Shown in pieces: positions 39,645-53,209 of a DNA stretch of 64,000 nt. Origin of the DNA: the human T2T-CHM13v2.0 reference genome, Homo sapiens. Location: NCBI RefSeq assembly GCF_009914755.1, contig NC_060928.1; one strand, written 5' to 3'. The stretch's first letter is position 1. Each line of letters starts with the position of its first letter. A program made the translations under genes and the position numbers. The notes under the pieces were generated by a model. It was not told the origin of the DNA and ran no database searches. It was given only the letters and a program-made list of their open reading frames with translations.

Positions 39645-42600
39645 TTTGGGGAACAATCTGGCTTCACCCTCACCTTCCTTCCCTAGAAAACCAAAACAAA
39701 TATCTAGCATAACAATTATTACCAGCAGTATCCCAGACCTCAAAGCTGAGGCTGAGAAAATTTCTAGGGCCACAGAAAAGTAAAAAACTCCAAGCAGGTG
39801 GTAACACAATTGGACTTCTGTATCTGCAACACCCCTGTCTCCAATCTGCCAGGCACTATACGTGGAAAAATACCCCTGGATTCAACAGTTTCTACACATG
39901 GCAAAGTGAGATCAAGGTGGGCAGCCAGTTTCCTCACCATCTTGAGTTCCCTTGCAGGGAAACCTTTTCTACCTCAACCCACAGAAACATTGTGAGTGCC
40001 TATAGAAAGAAAAACCCCTGAAGGCAGCTAAAGACAAAGTGGGGAGACAGGACTAGCAACCCTAGCCTGTTAAATTCTACTCTTTATCTCAGCTAAAGAC
40101 CATGCCAAATCAGAGTGGTTATTCAGCAGCACCATGCTGTAGGCGGTAGGCTCCACAGGTCTTCTAAGCATGAACCCTGACTCAGATTTTCAACATTGTT
40201 GGGGTGTCTCCTTTAAGACCTCCTCCCCAATTTGAGACAAACAGTGCTCCAAATCTTTGCAAGAGCTGAACGAAGCTGGGTTTATGGCACCATCTAGTGA
40301 TGAAAAGGAGGCAGTTATCTAAGTAAACGTACCTTAGGAAGACCAAAGAAGCCAGAGAGTAAAGCATGGAATAAATAACCAATCCTTCAGTGCAAAGCCA
40401 TAGACATACATCCACAAGAAACAATAGTAAACAGGGAACCATAACATCCCCAAGTGGAAAAAATAAGGAGTCAGTGATCAACTCTAATGAAATGGTGATA
40501 CGTGAGCCCTCAACTCAAGAATTCAAAATAGAAGGTCTAAGATCACTCTAAGATAACACTGAAAAATCATTTCAGAGATTTATAAGAAAAATTTAACAAA
40601 TAGATTAAAATAATTTTTTTAAAATCAAACAGAAATCCTGGAACTAAAAAATATATTTGCTGAACTGAAAAATGAATTAGAGGCTCTCAATAGCAGACTA
40701 GATGAAACAGAAGAAAGAATCAGTGAGCACAAAGAGAGCCTTCAAGAGAGTTTGAATTTCTCCTCAGAAAATGAGATTTTCTTTTCTGTGGCATTGTCAG
40801 GCTGCAAATTTTCCAAACTTTTATGCTGTGTTTCCCTTTTAAAGCTGAATGCCTTTAACAGCACCCAAGTCACTTCTTGAATGCTTTGCTGCTTAGAAAT
40901 TTCTTCTGCCAGATACCCTAAATCACCTCTCTCAAGTTCAAAGCTTCACAAATCTCTAGGGCAGGAGTAAAATGCCACCAGTATCTTTGCTAAAATGTAA
41001 CAAGAGTCACCTTTGCCCCAGTTCCCAACAAATTCCTCATCTCCATCTGAGACTACTTCACCCTGGATTTCATTGTCCATATCATTATCAGCATTTTGGT
41101 CAAAGCTATTCAACAAATCTCTGTGGAGTTCCAAACATTTTTCCCATGTTCCTGTCTTCTTCTGAGCTGTTCCAACCTCTGTCTGTTACCCAGTTCCAAA
41201 GTCACCTCCACATTTTCGGGTATCTTTTCAGCAGTGTCCACTCTACTGGTACCAATTCACTATATTAGTCTGTTCTCACACTGCTGATAGAGACATACCT
41301 GTGACTGAGCCATTTACAAAAGAAAGAGGTTTAATGGACTCACAGTTCCACATAGCTGGGGAGGCCTCACAATCATGGTGGCCACATGGTGGCAGACAAG
41401 AGAAGAGAGCTTGTGCATGGAAACTCCCCTTTACAAAACCATTAGATCTCGTGCGACTTATTCACTATCATGAGACCAGCACAGGAAAGACTAGCCACCA
41501 TTATTCAATTACCTCCCACTGGGTCCCTCCCACAACATGTGGGAATTATAGGAGCTACAATTCAAGATGAGATTAGGGTGGGGACACAGCCAAACCATAT
41601 CAGGAAGGTCATAGATTACCATACAGATTCAGTAAAAATAAGACCACCCCAAGGTATATAATAATCAAACTCTCAAAGGTCAAAGACAAAGAGAATACTA
41701 AAAGCAGCAAGAGAAAAGAAGCAAATAACATAAAAAGGAGCTCTGATTTATCTGGCAACAGACTTCTTATGTAGACTTGGAAAAAGTAGAATGGCATATT
41801 CAAACTGCTGAAGAAAAAAAAACTGCCAACAGAAAATACCATACCCAGAAAAAAAAGCTTTTCTTCAAAATGAAGACAAGAGAAACTCTTTCTCAAACTA
41901 AATTTGAGAGAATTCCTCACCAGCAGATTCATCTTACAAGAAATGCTAAAGAGAATTCTTCAACCTGAAAAAAAAAAGAATGCTAATGTGCAAAAAGAAA
42001 ACATTTGAAAATGTAGAGTTTGCTGGTAAAAGTCAGTATACAGTCAAATTTAGAATAATCTAATACAGTAATTGTTGTGTGTAATCCACTCACATCTCTA
42101 GTATGAAAACTAAAAGACAAATCTACCAAAAATAATAACAACTACACCAATTTGTTAAGAGATAGCCAATATAAACAGATAATTGAGACAACAAAAAGTC
42201 AAAATGTGAAGAGAAAGGAATTAAATTACAGAGTTTTTTTAGTTTTTCCTTCGTTTGTTCATCTTATTTTTTTGTGTGTATGGTCCAAGTTATCATCTGT
42301 TTAAAATAACTTGTTATATCTATAAAATGTTTTTAAGTCTTATGATAACCACAAAGCAAAAACCTATAATAAATAAACTAAAAATTTCAATAGATGGTGA
42401 AAAAGCAGTTGACAAAATTCAACTCCTGTTTATGGAAAAAAAAACTCTTAATAAACTGGGTATAAAAGGAACATCCCTCAAAACAATAAACGACATAGAT
42501 TTAAAAATTCACAGCTAACATATTGAACAGGGAAAAATTTAAAGCTTTTCCTTTGGGATCTGAAACAACACAAGGATGCTCACTTTTACCATTTTTATCC

Positions 42601-42720
42601 GGTATTTTACTGGAAGCCCTAGCCAGAGCAATTGGGCAAGAGAAAGAAATAAAGGCATCCCAACTGAAAAAAAAAATCAAATTATTACTGTTCACAGATG
42701 ATGCAATATCATATTTACAT
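39645..42720 (+). mobile_element. Old L1 (L1MA-type) 5'UTR, ORF1 and part of ORF2, with internal deletions; interrupted by THE1
   Basis: ORF1-like sequence 40420-40735 and 41603-41990; ORF2 RT fragment (EKAVDKIQ..., [17 protein letters not shown]..., LLFTDD) 42380-42720; 5' boundary approximate. Confidence 0.85.
40752..41602 (-). mobile_element. THE1 (MaLR): 5' LTR (41261-41602) plus first ~510 bp of internal region; remainder missing
   Basis: LTR ends tatattagtc...cagccaaaccatatca; internal ORF fragment DLLNSFDQNADNDMDNEIQGEVVSDGDEEFVGNWGKGDSCY. Confidence 0.93.
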
Positions 42721-43366
42721 TTACAAAGACATATTCTTATTCTCAAAAATTGATACATAATGGTTGTACATATTTGGGGGTATACGTGGTATTTTCATAC
42801 ATGCATACAATGTGTAATGATCAAACCAGGGCAACTGGGACATCCATCACCCCAAACATTCACTCTTTATGTTGGGATCAAATTTTTCTTCTTCAGCAAC
42901 TTTGAACTATATAACAAATCTTGTTAACTATAGTCACCCTACTATGCTGTCAGACACTAGATATTATCATTCTATCTAAATATTTTCGTACTCATTAACC
43001 AGCCTCTCTTCTTTCCTCTCTTCCTTCTACTCTTCCCTCTGGTACATCAAATCAACTCTCTACCTTCCTAAGATCTACTTTTTTAGCTACCATGTATGAG
43101 TGAGAACATGTAACATTTGTCTTTCTGTGCCTGGCTTATTTAACTTAACAAAATGACCTCCAGTTCCATCCGTGCTGCTGAAAATGACAGGATTTTATTC
43201 TTTTTTATGATGAGATAATATTCTATTCTGTATATGCACCATATTTTCTTTATCCACTCATCTGTTGGTCAATACTTAGGTTGATTCCATATATTAGTTA
43301 CGGTGAATAGTTCTGCAATAAAAATGGGAGTGCAGATAATTCTTTGATATGCTCATTTCCTTTCTT

Positions 43367-43398
43367 GCTTGATCCTAGCCAAAAGGCCGAGAGGCGAT
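43367..43398 (-). pseudogene. RNU2: Tailless, 3'-truncated U2 snRNA retropseudogene (first ~31 nt of U2)
   Basis: Reverse complement ATCGCCTCTCGGCCTTTTGGCTAGGATCAAG vs U2 5' end ATCGCTTCTCGGCCTTTTGGCTAAGATCAAG; degenerate TSD gctcatttcctttctt / tctaattccctttctt. Confidence 0.9.
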
Positions 43399-44010
43399 TC
43401 TAATTCCCTTTCTTTCAGATATATACCCAGTAGTAGGATTGCCGAATCATGTGGTAGCTCTATTTTTAGTTTTTTGAGGAATCTCATACTATTTTCTTTA
43501 GTGGCTATATTAATTTACATTGCCACTAACAGTGTATGAGGATTGCCTTTTCTCTGTATCTTCATCAGCATGTTATTTTGTCTTTTTTATGAAAGCCATT
43601 CTAACTGGGGTGAGATGATATCTTATTGTGGTTTTGATTTACATTTCCCTGTTAATTAGTGATGCTGAGCTTCTTTTTTCATATATTATACCTGTTGGCC
43701 ATTTGTATTTCTTCTTTTGCATGATGTCTATTCAGGTCTTTCATCTATTTTTAAATTGAATCTTTTTTAGTTATTTTTATTTTGCTGAGTTGAGTTCCTT
43801 ATATATTCTAATTATTAATCTCTTATCAAATGGGTAGTTTGTAAATAATTTCTTCCATTCTGCATGTTGTCCCTTTACTTTGTTGATTATTTTCTTTGCT
43901 GTGTAGAAGATTTTTAGCTTGTTGTGATCCCATTTGTGTATTTTTTTGTTGTTGTTGCTTGTGTTCTTGAGGTCTTGCCCAAAATATCTTTCCCCAGACT
44001 AAGTCCTTAA

Positions 44011-44340
<330 letters not shown>

Positions 44341-45488
44341 CCCAATGTTTTATTCTAGTAGTTGCATAGTTTCATGTCTTAGGTTTAAGTCCGTAGTCCA
44401 TTTTGATTTTATTTTTGTATATGGTGAGAGATAAGGATCTGGCTTCATTCTTTTGCATATGGTTATCTAGTTTTCCCAGCACCATTTATTGAAGAGACTG
44501 CCCTTTCCCTAATAAATGTTCTTGACATAGTTGTCAAAAATCATTGGCTGTAAATATTTATTTTTGAATTTATTTTGGGGATCACTATTCTGTTCTATTA
44601 GTCTATATGTCTGTTTTTATGCCAGTACCATGTTGTTTTGGTTACTATGGCTTTGTAGTATATTTTGAAGTTAGGTAGTATGATGCCTTTAGCTTTGTTC
44701 ATTTTGTTTAGAGTTGCTTTGGCTATTCAGGCTCTTTTGTGCTCCACACAAATTTTAGGATTATTTTTTTTCTAGTTCTGTGAGGAATGTCATTTATATT
44801 TTGATAGGAATTACATTGATTATAAAGATTGCTTTGAACAGTTTTGACATTTTAACAATATTAATTCTTCCAGTCCAGAAGTTTGGGATGTCTTTCCATT
44901 TTTTGGTGTGCATCCTTTCAATTTCTTTTATCAGAGTGTTTTAGTTTTCCTTATAGAGGTCTTTTACCTCCTAGGTTAAATTTTTTCTTAGGTATCTTAG
45001 ATTTTTTGTAACTATTGTAAATGGGATTGCTTTATTTTTTTAAGGATTGTTTGCTGTTGGCATATGTAAGTGCTACTGTATATTGATTTTGTATCCTAAA
45101 ACTTTACTGAATTGGTTTGTTAATTATAACAGCTTTTTAGTAGTAGGGTCTTCAGATTTTTCTAAATATGATATCATTTGTGAACAATAATAATTTATTT
45201 TTTTTTCAGTTGGGATGCCTTTATTTCTTTCTCTTGTCCAATTCCTCTGGCTAGGGCTTCCAGTAAACTATGGACTACTTTTGCCATTTTCATCTCTAGT
45301 TGTTTTGTGCCTCAATAAAACACTGTTGAATATTGCTGATAGCAACAGCCCCTATTTAGTTATTGATTTTAACTGAAATGGCTTTAGTGGGTCAATATTT
45401 ATAGTTGTGTTTATTTAACTGGATTTTAGCAAATATAATTTGTCATATTTAAGTAATAACCCTCCATTAGTTATTTAGGAACGGCTGC

Positions 45489-45937
45489 TGTGATGGTTAA
45501 TACTGAGTGTCAGCTTGCTTGGATTGAAGGATGCAAGTATTGATCCTGGGTGTGTCTGTGAGGGTATTGGCAAAGGAGATTAACATTTGAGTCAGTGGGC
45601 TTGAAAAGGCAGACCCACCCTTAATCTGGGTGGGCACCATCTAATCAGCTGCCAGCGTGGTCAGGATATAAAAGCAGGCAGGAAAATGCGAAAAGGCTAC
45701 TAGACTGGCCTAGCCTCCCAGCCTATGTCTTTCTCCCATGCTGGATACTTCCTGCCATCAAACGTTGGACTCCAAGTTCTTCAGTTTTGGGGCCCAGACT
45801 GGCTTTCCTTGCTCCTCAGCTTGCAGGTGGTCTATTGTGGGACCTTGTGATTGTGTGAGTTAATACTTAATAAACTCCCCTTTATATAGATATCTATCCT
45901 ATTAGTTCTGTTCCTCTAGAGAACCTTGATTAATACA
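45489..45937 (+). mobile_element. MLT2A (HERV-L) solo LTR
   Basis: TGTGATGGTTAATACTGAGTGTC...TAATACA; 5-bp TSD gctgc/gttgc. Confidence 0.93.
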
Positions 45938-45980
45938 GTTGCTAATTCGTCAAATGCACTTTCAGCATCTGTCTGTATGT

Positions 45981-46175
45981 CAGTGGTGTGCCAGAGCCAG
46001 CTCACCCTCTTCCCAACTCCATTCAGTGTCATCACATTGGCCAATTGGTTGAACTGTTTTTAAATGGTCATCGTGGAAATATTTACACCATGAATATCAG
46101 CAAATGCAATAAATCAGAGATTTTCTTTTTTTGAGGGCTGGTCTTAACATTTATAGCCATTTACAGCAGCCACTG
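45981..46175. mobile_element. MER63-like hAT-Blackjack MITE
   Basis: TIR-like cagtggtgtgcc...gcagccactg; 'ggaaatatttacaccatgaatatcagcaaatgc'. Confidence 0.7.
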
Positions 46176-49100
46176 GATATAATCATATAGTTTTTCTCAC
46201 TGATTTAATTAACATGACCCATTCATTCAAAAAGTACCTACTGAGCAGACACTATCATGACAAGTTCTGTGCACTGGGGATACAGCAGTGAAGAAAAAAG
46301 CATGCAAAATTCTTACCTTTATGTAACTTAACATCTAACAGAGTTTATAGTCTATAATGTGATTGTGTTAATAGATTTCCTAATATTCAACTGTATTTTT
46401 ATTATGGCATACAGCCTAAATAGTAAGAAGGTATATTACTTTGATATACTGCTAAATTGAATTTGCCTATTTAATCTAGAATTTTAGCATCCATATTCAT
46501 AAGTGTTATCACTTTGGGGGTGGTATTTTTGTATTATATTGATCAAGTTTTGCTATTAAGGTTAAGTTGTTTACATAAAATTAATTGGAGAACTTTCAGT
46601 CTATTTCTGAGGTCTGAAATAGTTTAAATAACATTGGAATCATCTGCTCTTTAAAGGTTGGATAAAACTCAGCTGTGAAACCATCTGGATTTGGGTACCT
46701 ATTTTAATCATAGATCTTTAATTGCCCTTCCAATCCCTTCTATGGCAATGCATCTATTCAAAGTTTCTATTCATTGGCATAGCATACCTTTGATGAAAAT
46801 CATTCATCCTGTCTGGATTTTCAGATTTGTCAAAAAGCATCAATCACTATGTATTATTTTATAATTTTAAGGCCCTTCCACATCTGTGTTATAACCATTT
46901 TATGTTTTTTTCTTTTACTCATTAGGCTCATGGAGAATTTTGTCTATTTTGTTAGTCTTTCCAAAGGATGAGCCCTTGGATTTATTTTTTTCATTTTGTT
47001 TGTTGTTGTTTCTCCTTCATTAATATCAGTTTCTATCTTTACGCTTCTTCTCAATATCTTCTAATTTTATTAATCTTTTTTCTAATTTCTAAATTTGTAT
47101 ATTGAGTTCTTTTGTGTTTTTAATAATGATGGTATTCAGTGTTATATGTTTTCCTCTGACTATAGCTTTAACTGCAAACAGATTTTGTCATGAAATGGTA
47201 CCCATTTAGATAATGTATATGGAAATGTCCTATTATTTTTATCAGGTCTTCCTTGTGTTTCTGAAAGCTTTTGCTTTATTTATTTAAATGTCCTGATGTT
47301 TAGTGCATACAGGTTTTTAATGTACTCATAAATTTTGCCTCCCATAATTACATCATGTCATTATTTATCCTGCTAATATTTTTATCTTGTTTAGTGTTTT
47401 TAACTTTAATTGGATTAATTATGATCTTATATTAATATTGCCACTATTGCATTCTGTTTGTATTTCCTTGTATCTAACATATTTTTACACATTTTTTTCT
47501 ATTACTCTGCTTTAAGTGTTTCTTGTAACCAATATATTGCTGGATTTTGTTTTTTAACCTAATACAACTATATTTGTCTTTTGAAAGAAGAATTCAGCCT
47601 TTTCACATTTAATTTACTAGGTTTTATATTTTCCATGTTTGGTAATTATTAATTTTATTGTTTCTTTTTTTCTCTCTCTAACTTTAGGTTGGTTTAAGAG
47701 GTTGGAATTTATTTATGTTTTTCTTTTTATTTGGACGTTCTACTGTGCTCTTCACTTCTGCCGGTGGAAACTTTCCTTCCTAAAACTCATAATATGCCAA
47801 TTATCTTCACCAATGAGATGTTCTAGATCCCAATTTCTTGCCACCCTAACCCAATTAGATTATACCTTTCAAATACTTTGATCTCTGTACTCCTCCAACC
47901 AGATGAAATCTTTAGAATGATTATTGCACGCCTCTCACCATACCCTACAAATAAATTCCTAGGCTTTGCTTAGACAATTTAGTATCGTAATTCTAGACTA
48001 CCACTGTTTCCATTGCAACATGACTCTTCCATTTCAGTAATTTTGGTTTTTATTTCTATCACATTTTCAAGTATTGTATCATATTAAACTTAACTATATA
48101 TGCTGCAAGTTTCATTGGCTACCACTTGGCTCTTCATTTTCCCCTATATTAAAGTTTCTTTTCTGATTTATTTGTTGTCTGGATAGTGTTCTTCCTCTAG
48201 TCCTTTTGTCAGGCAGGACAAGTGAATAACACATTTTTTAAATCCTTCCACATATATAAATAGATTTCTTTCAGCCTGGGAGATGAATTCCAGTCCTTTC
48301 CTCAGGAGTCTCATATTTTTTCACTTCTAGTTTGTAGATGAGAAGTCTGATGACAGTGTGATTCTTTCTTATCTTAGAGGTAACCTGGTCGTTTTGCCTG
48401 TAAGATTATAAAATATTATCTTTATTCTTGGAGTTCAGGAATGTTCCCAGGATATGGAGTATGAGTTTTACATTTAACTTTGTGAGCTCCTTTAATCTGT
48501 AGACTCCATCTTTTTTCAGATGAGAGAAATGTTAATCTATTATTTGTCTCTCTTCTATCTGTTGTTTTTTGGGTTTTCCTCCTTCCAGGGCCCTATAAAT
48601 TGCTTGCTAGAAAACACAAATGTGACAACCAAATCCATTATAGTTTCCCTCATGATTCCCAATTCTTTTTGGTTTTACTCTGCTCTTAATTCTTCCAGGC
48701 CACAAATTCTGGCCTCACCAATTTCCCTTTCAAATTATCTACCAAATTTAAGACTGAGAAATCACGGTTGGTTTGTTTTCCTTTGATCAAATGTGTCTCT
48801 TTACTCAGTAACTAAATTTTCCTCATGCTCTAATAATTTTTAGTTCATGCCATCATCTATCTCCTCCAGCATTTGTGCTCCATTAGGAGATTTGTGTTCT
48901 GTGTGTTCATTTTTTAATTTATTCACCTTTTCAACTAACATGTGTTGTGTGCCCACTGCGTGTTAGACACTTTTATAGATGCTGAGGATAGACCAGTAGA
49001 AAAGACAGAAAAAGGGCTCTTCCCTTATGGAGAAATGAAGTTGATAAATAAAATACATCGTGTGTCAGAGTGATAAATGAACTGGAGGAAATAAAGCAAG

Positions 49101-49341
49101 GAAGTAGACTAAGTGATTAAGGGTAGGATAGGTTGCTATTTTATATACATAGTCAAGGAAGCCTTCACTAAGAAAGTAAAAGTAGAGCAAAGACTTGTAG
49201 AAGGTGAAAGTCTTGGGTGATGAGTGCTCTAGGTAAGGGAACCTAAGGTCAAATGTAATTAAAAGCAGACTGGGAGAAGGGGGTGGGAGTAGGAAATATG
49301 GTTGGAGAGCATAAGAGGGGTCAGATCCTGTAAGCCAGTCT

Positions 49342-49400
49342 CAGGGCTGCCACATTGTACAACTCTAGGGGAAATGTTTGTATTAGAGTCTATGTGAATG
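49342..49400. mobile_element. MER91-like fragment
   Basis: 'cagggctgccacattgtacaactctagggg...tgtgaatg' resembles the element at 19066. Confidence 0.5.
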
Positions 49401-49571
49401 AGAAGCCTTCCAGTATAAGCAAGTATGGACACAAAGAGGCCAGTTAGGAAGCTACTGCAATATCTAGGTAAGAAATGATGGCAGCTGGTACCAAGTTTGT
49501 AGTAGTAGACGTGATGAAAAGTGGTCAGATTCTGCTTGTGTTTTGAAAGTAAAGTCACCTGGCCATCCATC

Positions 49572-49756
49572 CAGGGCTGGCTTCATGGGCATGCAACCTG
49601 TGCAGGAGCCCAGGGCCCTGTGCTTAGAGGGGCCCCGTGTGTGAATAAATGCTCTGCTGTGGTCATCTTGAAATTATTGATAAATTTTGAATAAGGAAAC
49701 CTGAATTTTCACTTTGCACTGGACCCACAAATTATGTAGCACATTATGCAGTCCTG
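49572..49756. mobile_element. MER45A-like hAT-Tip100 MITE
   Basis: cagggctggcttcatgggcatgcaacctgtgcag...aaattatgtagc...gtcctg. Confidence 0.8.
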
Positions 49757-51480
49757 TATGCAGCAAATATTTGTTGGTCATTCACTACTGGAAATAGGAT
49801 CTGACATTCCATCAAGGAACAAAACAGAAAAATTATATTCTCGTGGGATTTACACTGTGAAGCAGATAATGGACAATAAACATAATAATAAGCCAATTAA
49901 TCTGTATATTTGAAGGTGACTAGTGCTATGAAGAAAAAAAGTAGAATCTGGTAAAGAGACTTGAAGAAAGGTGTAGACCTGAACTTATATGATTAAATGG
50001 AGTAGTCAGGACAGGCCTCCTTGAGGTAAGTTGTCTGAACACACTTAATTAAGATAACAGAATTGATGAAGAGAATACCTGGGAAATGAGACTCCCTAAG
50101 AACAGCTAACAAAAGACTCTATTGTAGGAGTATCCTCACTATGTTCCAAGAGTAGCATAAGCAAGGGAGAAAGTAGGAGATGAAGAGGAATGAAGGAGGA
50201 TGGGCAGATACCATAGGGTCTTGTAGCCATTGAAGCACTTTGACATTTACTGAATGAAATGAGGAGCTATTGAAGGGATTTGAGCAGAAGAGTCCCATCT
50301 GATTATGTTTAAAAGTATTATGGGTGTATACAGAATCAACTATAGAAGGGCAAGGATCAAACCAGTTTGAAAACTATGCAATAATCCAGATGAAAAGTGA
50401 TGGTAGTTCTGATCAAGTTGATAGCAGAAGAGATGGTAAAAAGTGGTCAGACTTTTGACATATATTGCAGGTAAAACCAACAGAATTTCCTACAGGACTG
50501 AATGTGGGTTGTGAGATAGAGGAGTTGAGAATGGCCCTAAAGTCTTAGCCTGAGAAACTGAAAGAATGAAGTTGATGAGAAACTGGAAGGATGAAAATGA
50601 ATAAGTAAGTCCAGAGAGGAAGACGAGAGTTCAGCTTTGGACATGGGGGTTGTCTATTAGACATCCAAGAGGATGTGGGGTAGTGTTTCATCTAGAGATC
50701 AGAGTAGAGGTCTGTGCTGGAAATATAAATATGGAATCATGGGAATATAGATGGTATTTAAAGTGCTGAGACTGAGAAGATCAAGGGACTGAGTGTCCAC
50801 AGAAGAAAGGGCCAAGCACTGAGCCCTGGGGCACTCTAACATTAAAGAACTGGGAAGAAGATCAACCAACAAAGGGGACTGAGATACAGCAAGCAGCAAA
50901 GTAGAAAGTAGAGTCACAAAATAATGGGAGGAATGGAATTGAAAACAGTGAATGTAGACAACTCTTTCAAGAAGTATTTCTCCAAAGTGGAGGAAAGAAA
51001 TGGGGCAGAAGCTGGCAAGGGAGTGAGATCAAGAGAATGAATGTTTACAGTGGTAGAAATAGCAGCATGTTTGTGTGTTGGATGGAATAATTCATCAGGA
51101 AATAAAAAATTGATGATGTAGAAAATGGGAAGAATTGCTGGAGCAATGCCCTTGAGTAATTGAGAGGGGATGCAATGTATTCCCCAAGTGAAGGAATTGA
51201 CTTTAGATAGACACGTAAATTGTTCATCTATGATTCTGTTGTAACAGGTAGGACAGCAGAGCATGTGGCATAGATACTGGTAGTGAATTAATGTGGTGGT
51301 AGAAATGTGTAGAAGTTTTCTTCTAACTTCTTTTGCTTTCTCTATAAAGCAGGAAGCAAGGCACTGAGTCAACAGGACTTGCTGGTAGACTGTGTGTGGA
51401 ATACGCACACAAGAAAAGGACTGAAGGATGACTCCAAGTTTTTTGTTGTGAACAATGGGAAAAATAGAGTTGCCATATGC

Positions 51481-52340
51481 CAGTGGAGTACTGGAGCAGA
51501 CTTATACTGGCTCAAAGCCAAACATTAAATTTCCAAGAATTCTTCGAGCCAGTTGTTAAACACAGCCATTATTAAAAATTAAATTATACACCTTCTCAAT
51601 TAAATAATTTATATTAAAAACAAAAATAGTAAATACTCAACACTGATTAGTTTACTGCATTTTGCCATATTGATGTTCTTGAGGTTATTTATACCTATTA
51701 TTTCTGTGTGGTGTAAATACCGTATAATAGTGTGCTACTATGCATCTCTTCCCAACTGTGCATTCAGTTACATAAAACTAGTAGTTTGAAATCAGTCATG
51801 ATTAGAGTATTTACACCACAGAAATTGGAAAATGCTAAAAATAAGAGCTTGAGTTATTGTTTGGTTGCTTGTCTAGACTTAAGAAAGTGAAAGAAAAAAT
51901 GTTAATGTTATAGATTAAATTTAAAGATATATAGCTGTGTCTATTATAATACACTGTGAATACACAGAGTTGAGGAAATATTCCAGTATTCAAAACCTTC
52001 ATCTGATTTAGCAAAGGCTTTGTGTTGATGACAAATGAGTAAAGTTGCAATGCACATCTGCATTGTTTCACTTTCATCTTACTCATTAAAGTACATAAAA
52101 ATAGCAACCAACATTCCTGTTAGAATTATGCTTGTTCATCAGTTGCAACCACAGTTCAGCCACAAATACAAGAGTTTTGTCAAAGATCAATGAAAGCATT
52201 CTGTAAGAATCAATTGGCTACCAGTAAAATGTATATAATACATTTTATACATTTATACACTATAATACACATAATAAATGTATATGCGAGTGTATTTTTT
52301 TTTTCAAGAAGCCAGTTGTTAAACATTTAGCAGCTCACTA
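51481..52340. mobile_element. MER63C/D-like hAT-Blackjack element
   Basis: Starts cagtggagtactggagc; 'gccagttgttaaaca' near both ends; shares 'tatttacaccacagaaattgg' block with MER63 at 45981. Confidence 0.75.
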
Positions 52341-53109
52341 AATAGAGGGAGGAGCCAATCTGTGGAGCATTTCCGCCAGTACTACATGTTCTTTCTCTGT
52401 CTACTGACTGGATATCCTTAGGTGCATCATTAATTTCCTTTCTCTACTCCTCACTCATTTTTGGGACAGCAATAATCCAAAGAGTGGCAACAGAAAGAGC
52501 GGAGGGCCATCAGCCAGTCTCCTCTCAGTTCCTTTCATGGGCCACAAAATGCCTTAGAACTCCTTCTTCCCCAGAGGTTTCCCTAAATTGCCAGGACGTA
52601 TAGAGATTCAGAGAAAACTCCAACGATGATGGAAAACCTTTAGGCTTACTCCAGCCTAACTCTTTCCCCACTGTTAGCTGTCTACATCACCTAACTTTCA
52701 GAGGAGAACGTAGAATTATTGGGCTTTTTGTACTCATCCACCTGCACTGTGCTGTTTGCAAGACTGTGTGGGTAATGGAAGTGATGCTGGACTTAGACAC
52801 AACAGACATAGGTTCTGGTTGGCCTCTCAGATATCAGACAAATCACTAAACATTAACTGGGGAGTTTGGTCTAGAGGAACTTTAAGTCTTTTCTAACTAA
52901 ATTTCTATTCAGATATACTCGTAGTGGGCAAGGGGCATCAGGAGATGGTAGCCTGGTGACTACTTACTATAAAAGGATATAGGTAATGCTCTAAGGTTAG
53001 ATTATATTTTTAAAAACCTCTGATACATATTATTCTATCAATGAGAATTTCCATTTATATGGAAGAAAATTCATTGATAGTAGAAAGAAAGTTTGCAACA
53101 ATAATTAAC

Positions 53110-53154
53110 CGTATACACTCAATGAACCTTACTCAGTTTCCATTAGCATTTTCA

Positions 53155-53209
<55 letters not shown>

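Larger units (their letters stand above)
45290..48900 (-). mobile_element. Ancient fragmented L1ME/L1M5 ORF2-to-ORF1 relic hosting younger insertions
   Basis: T-rich antisense L1 motifs ('aattttagcatccatattcataag', 'gtgaaaccatctggatttgg', 'gatgagaagtctgatgacagtgtgattc'); boundaries approximate. Confidence 0.65.
48915..51480 (-). mobile_element. Cluster of antisense L2 fragments
   Basis: Repeated L2 motifs ('aggaagctactgcaat', 'aagtggtcaga', 'gacatgggggttgtctattagacatccaag', 'gaaggatgactccaagtttt'). Confidence 0.8.

Noticed and set aside
50914-51408. 164-aa minus-strand ORF
   Set aside because: Lies in decayed L2 sequence; no host-gene features.
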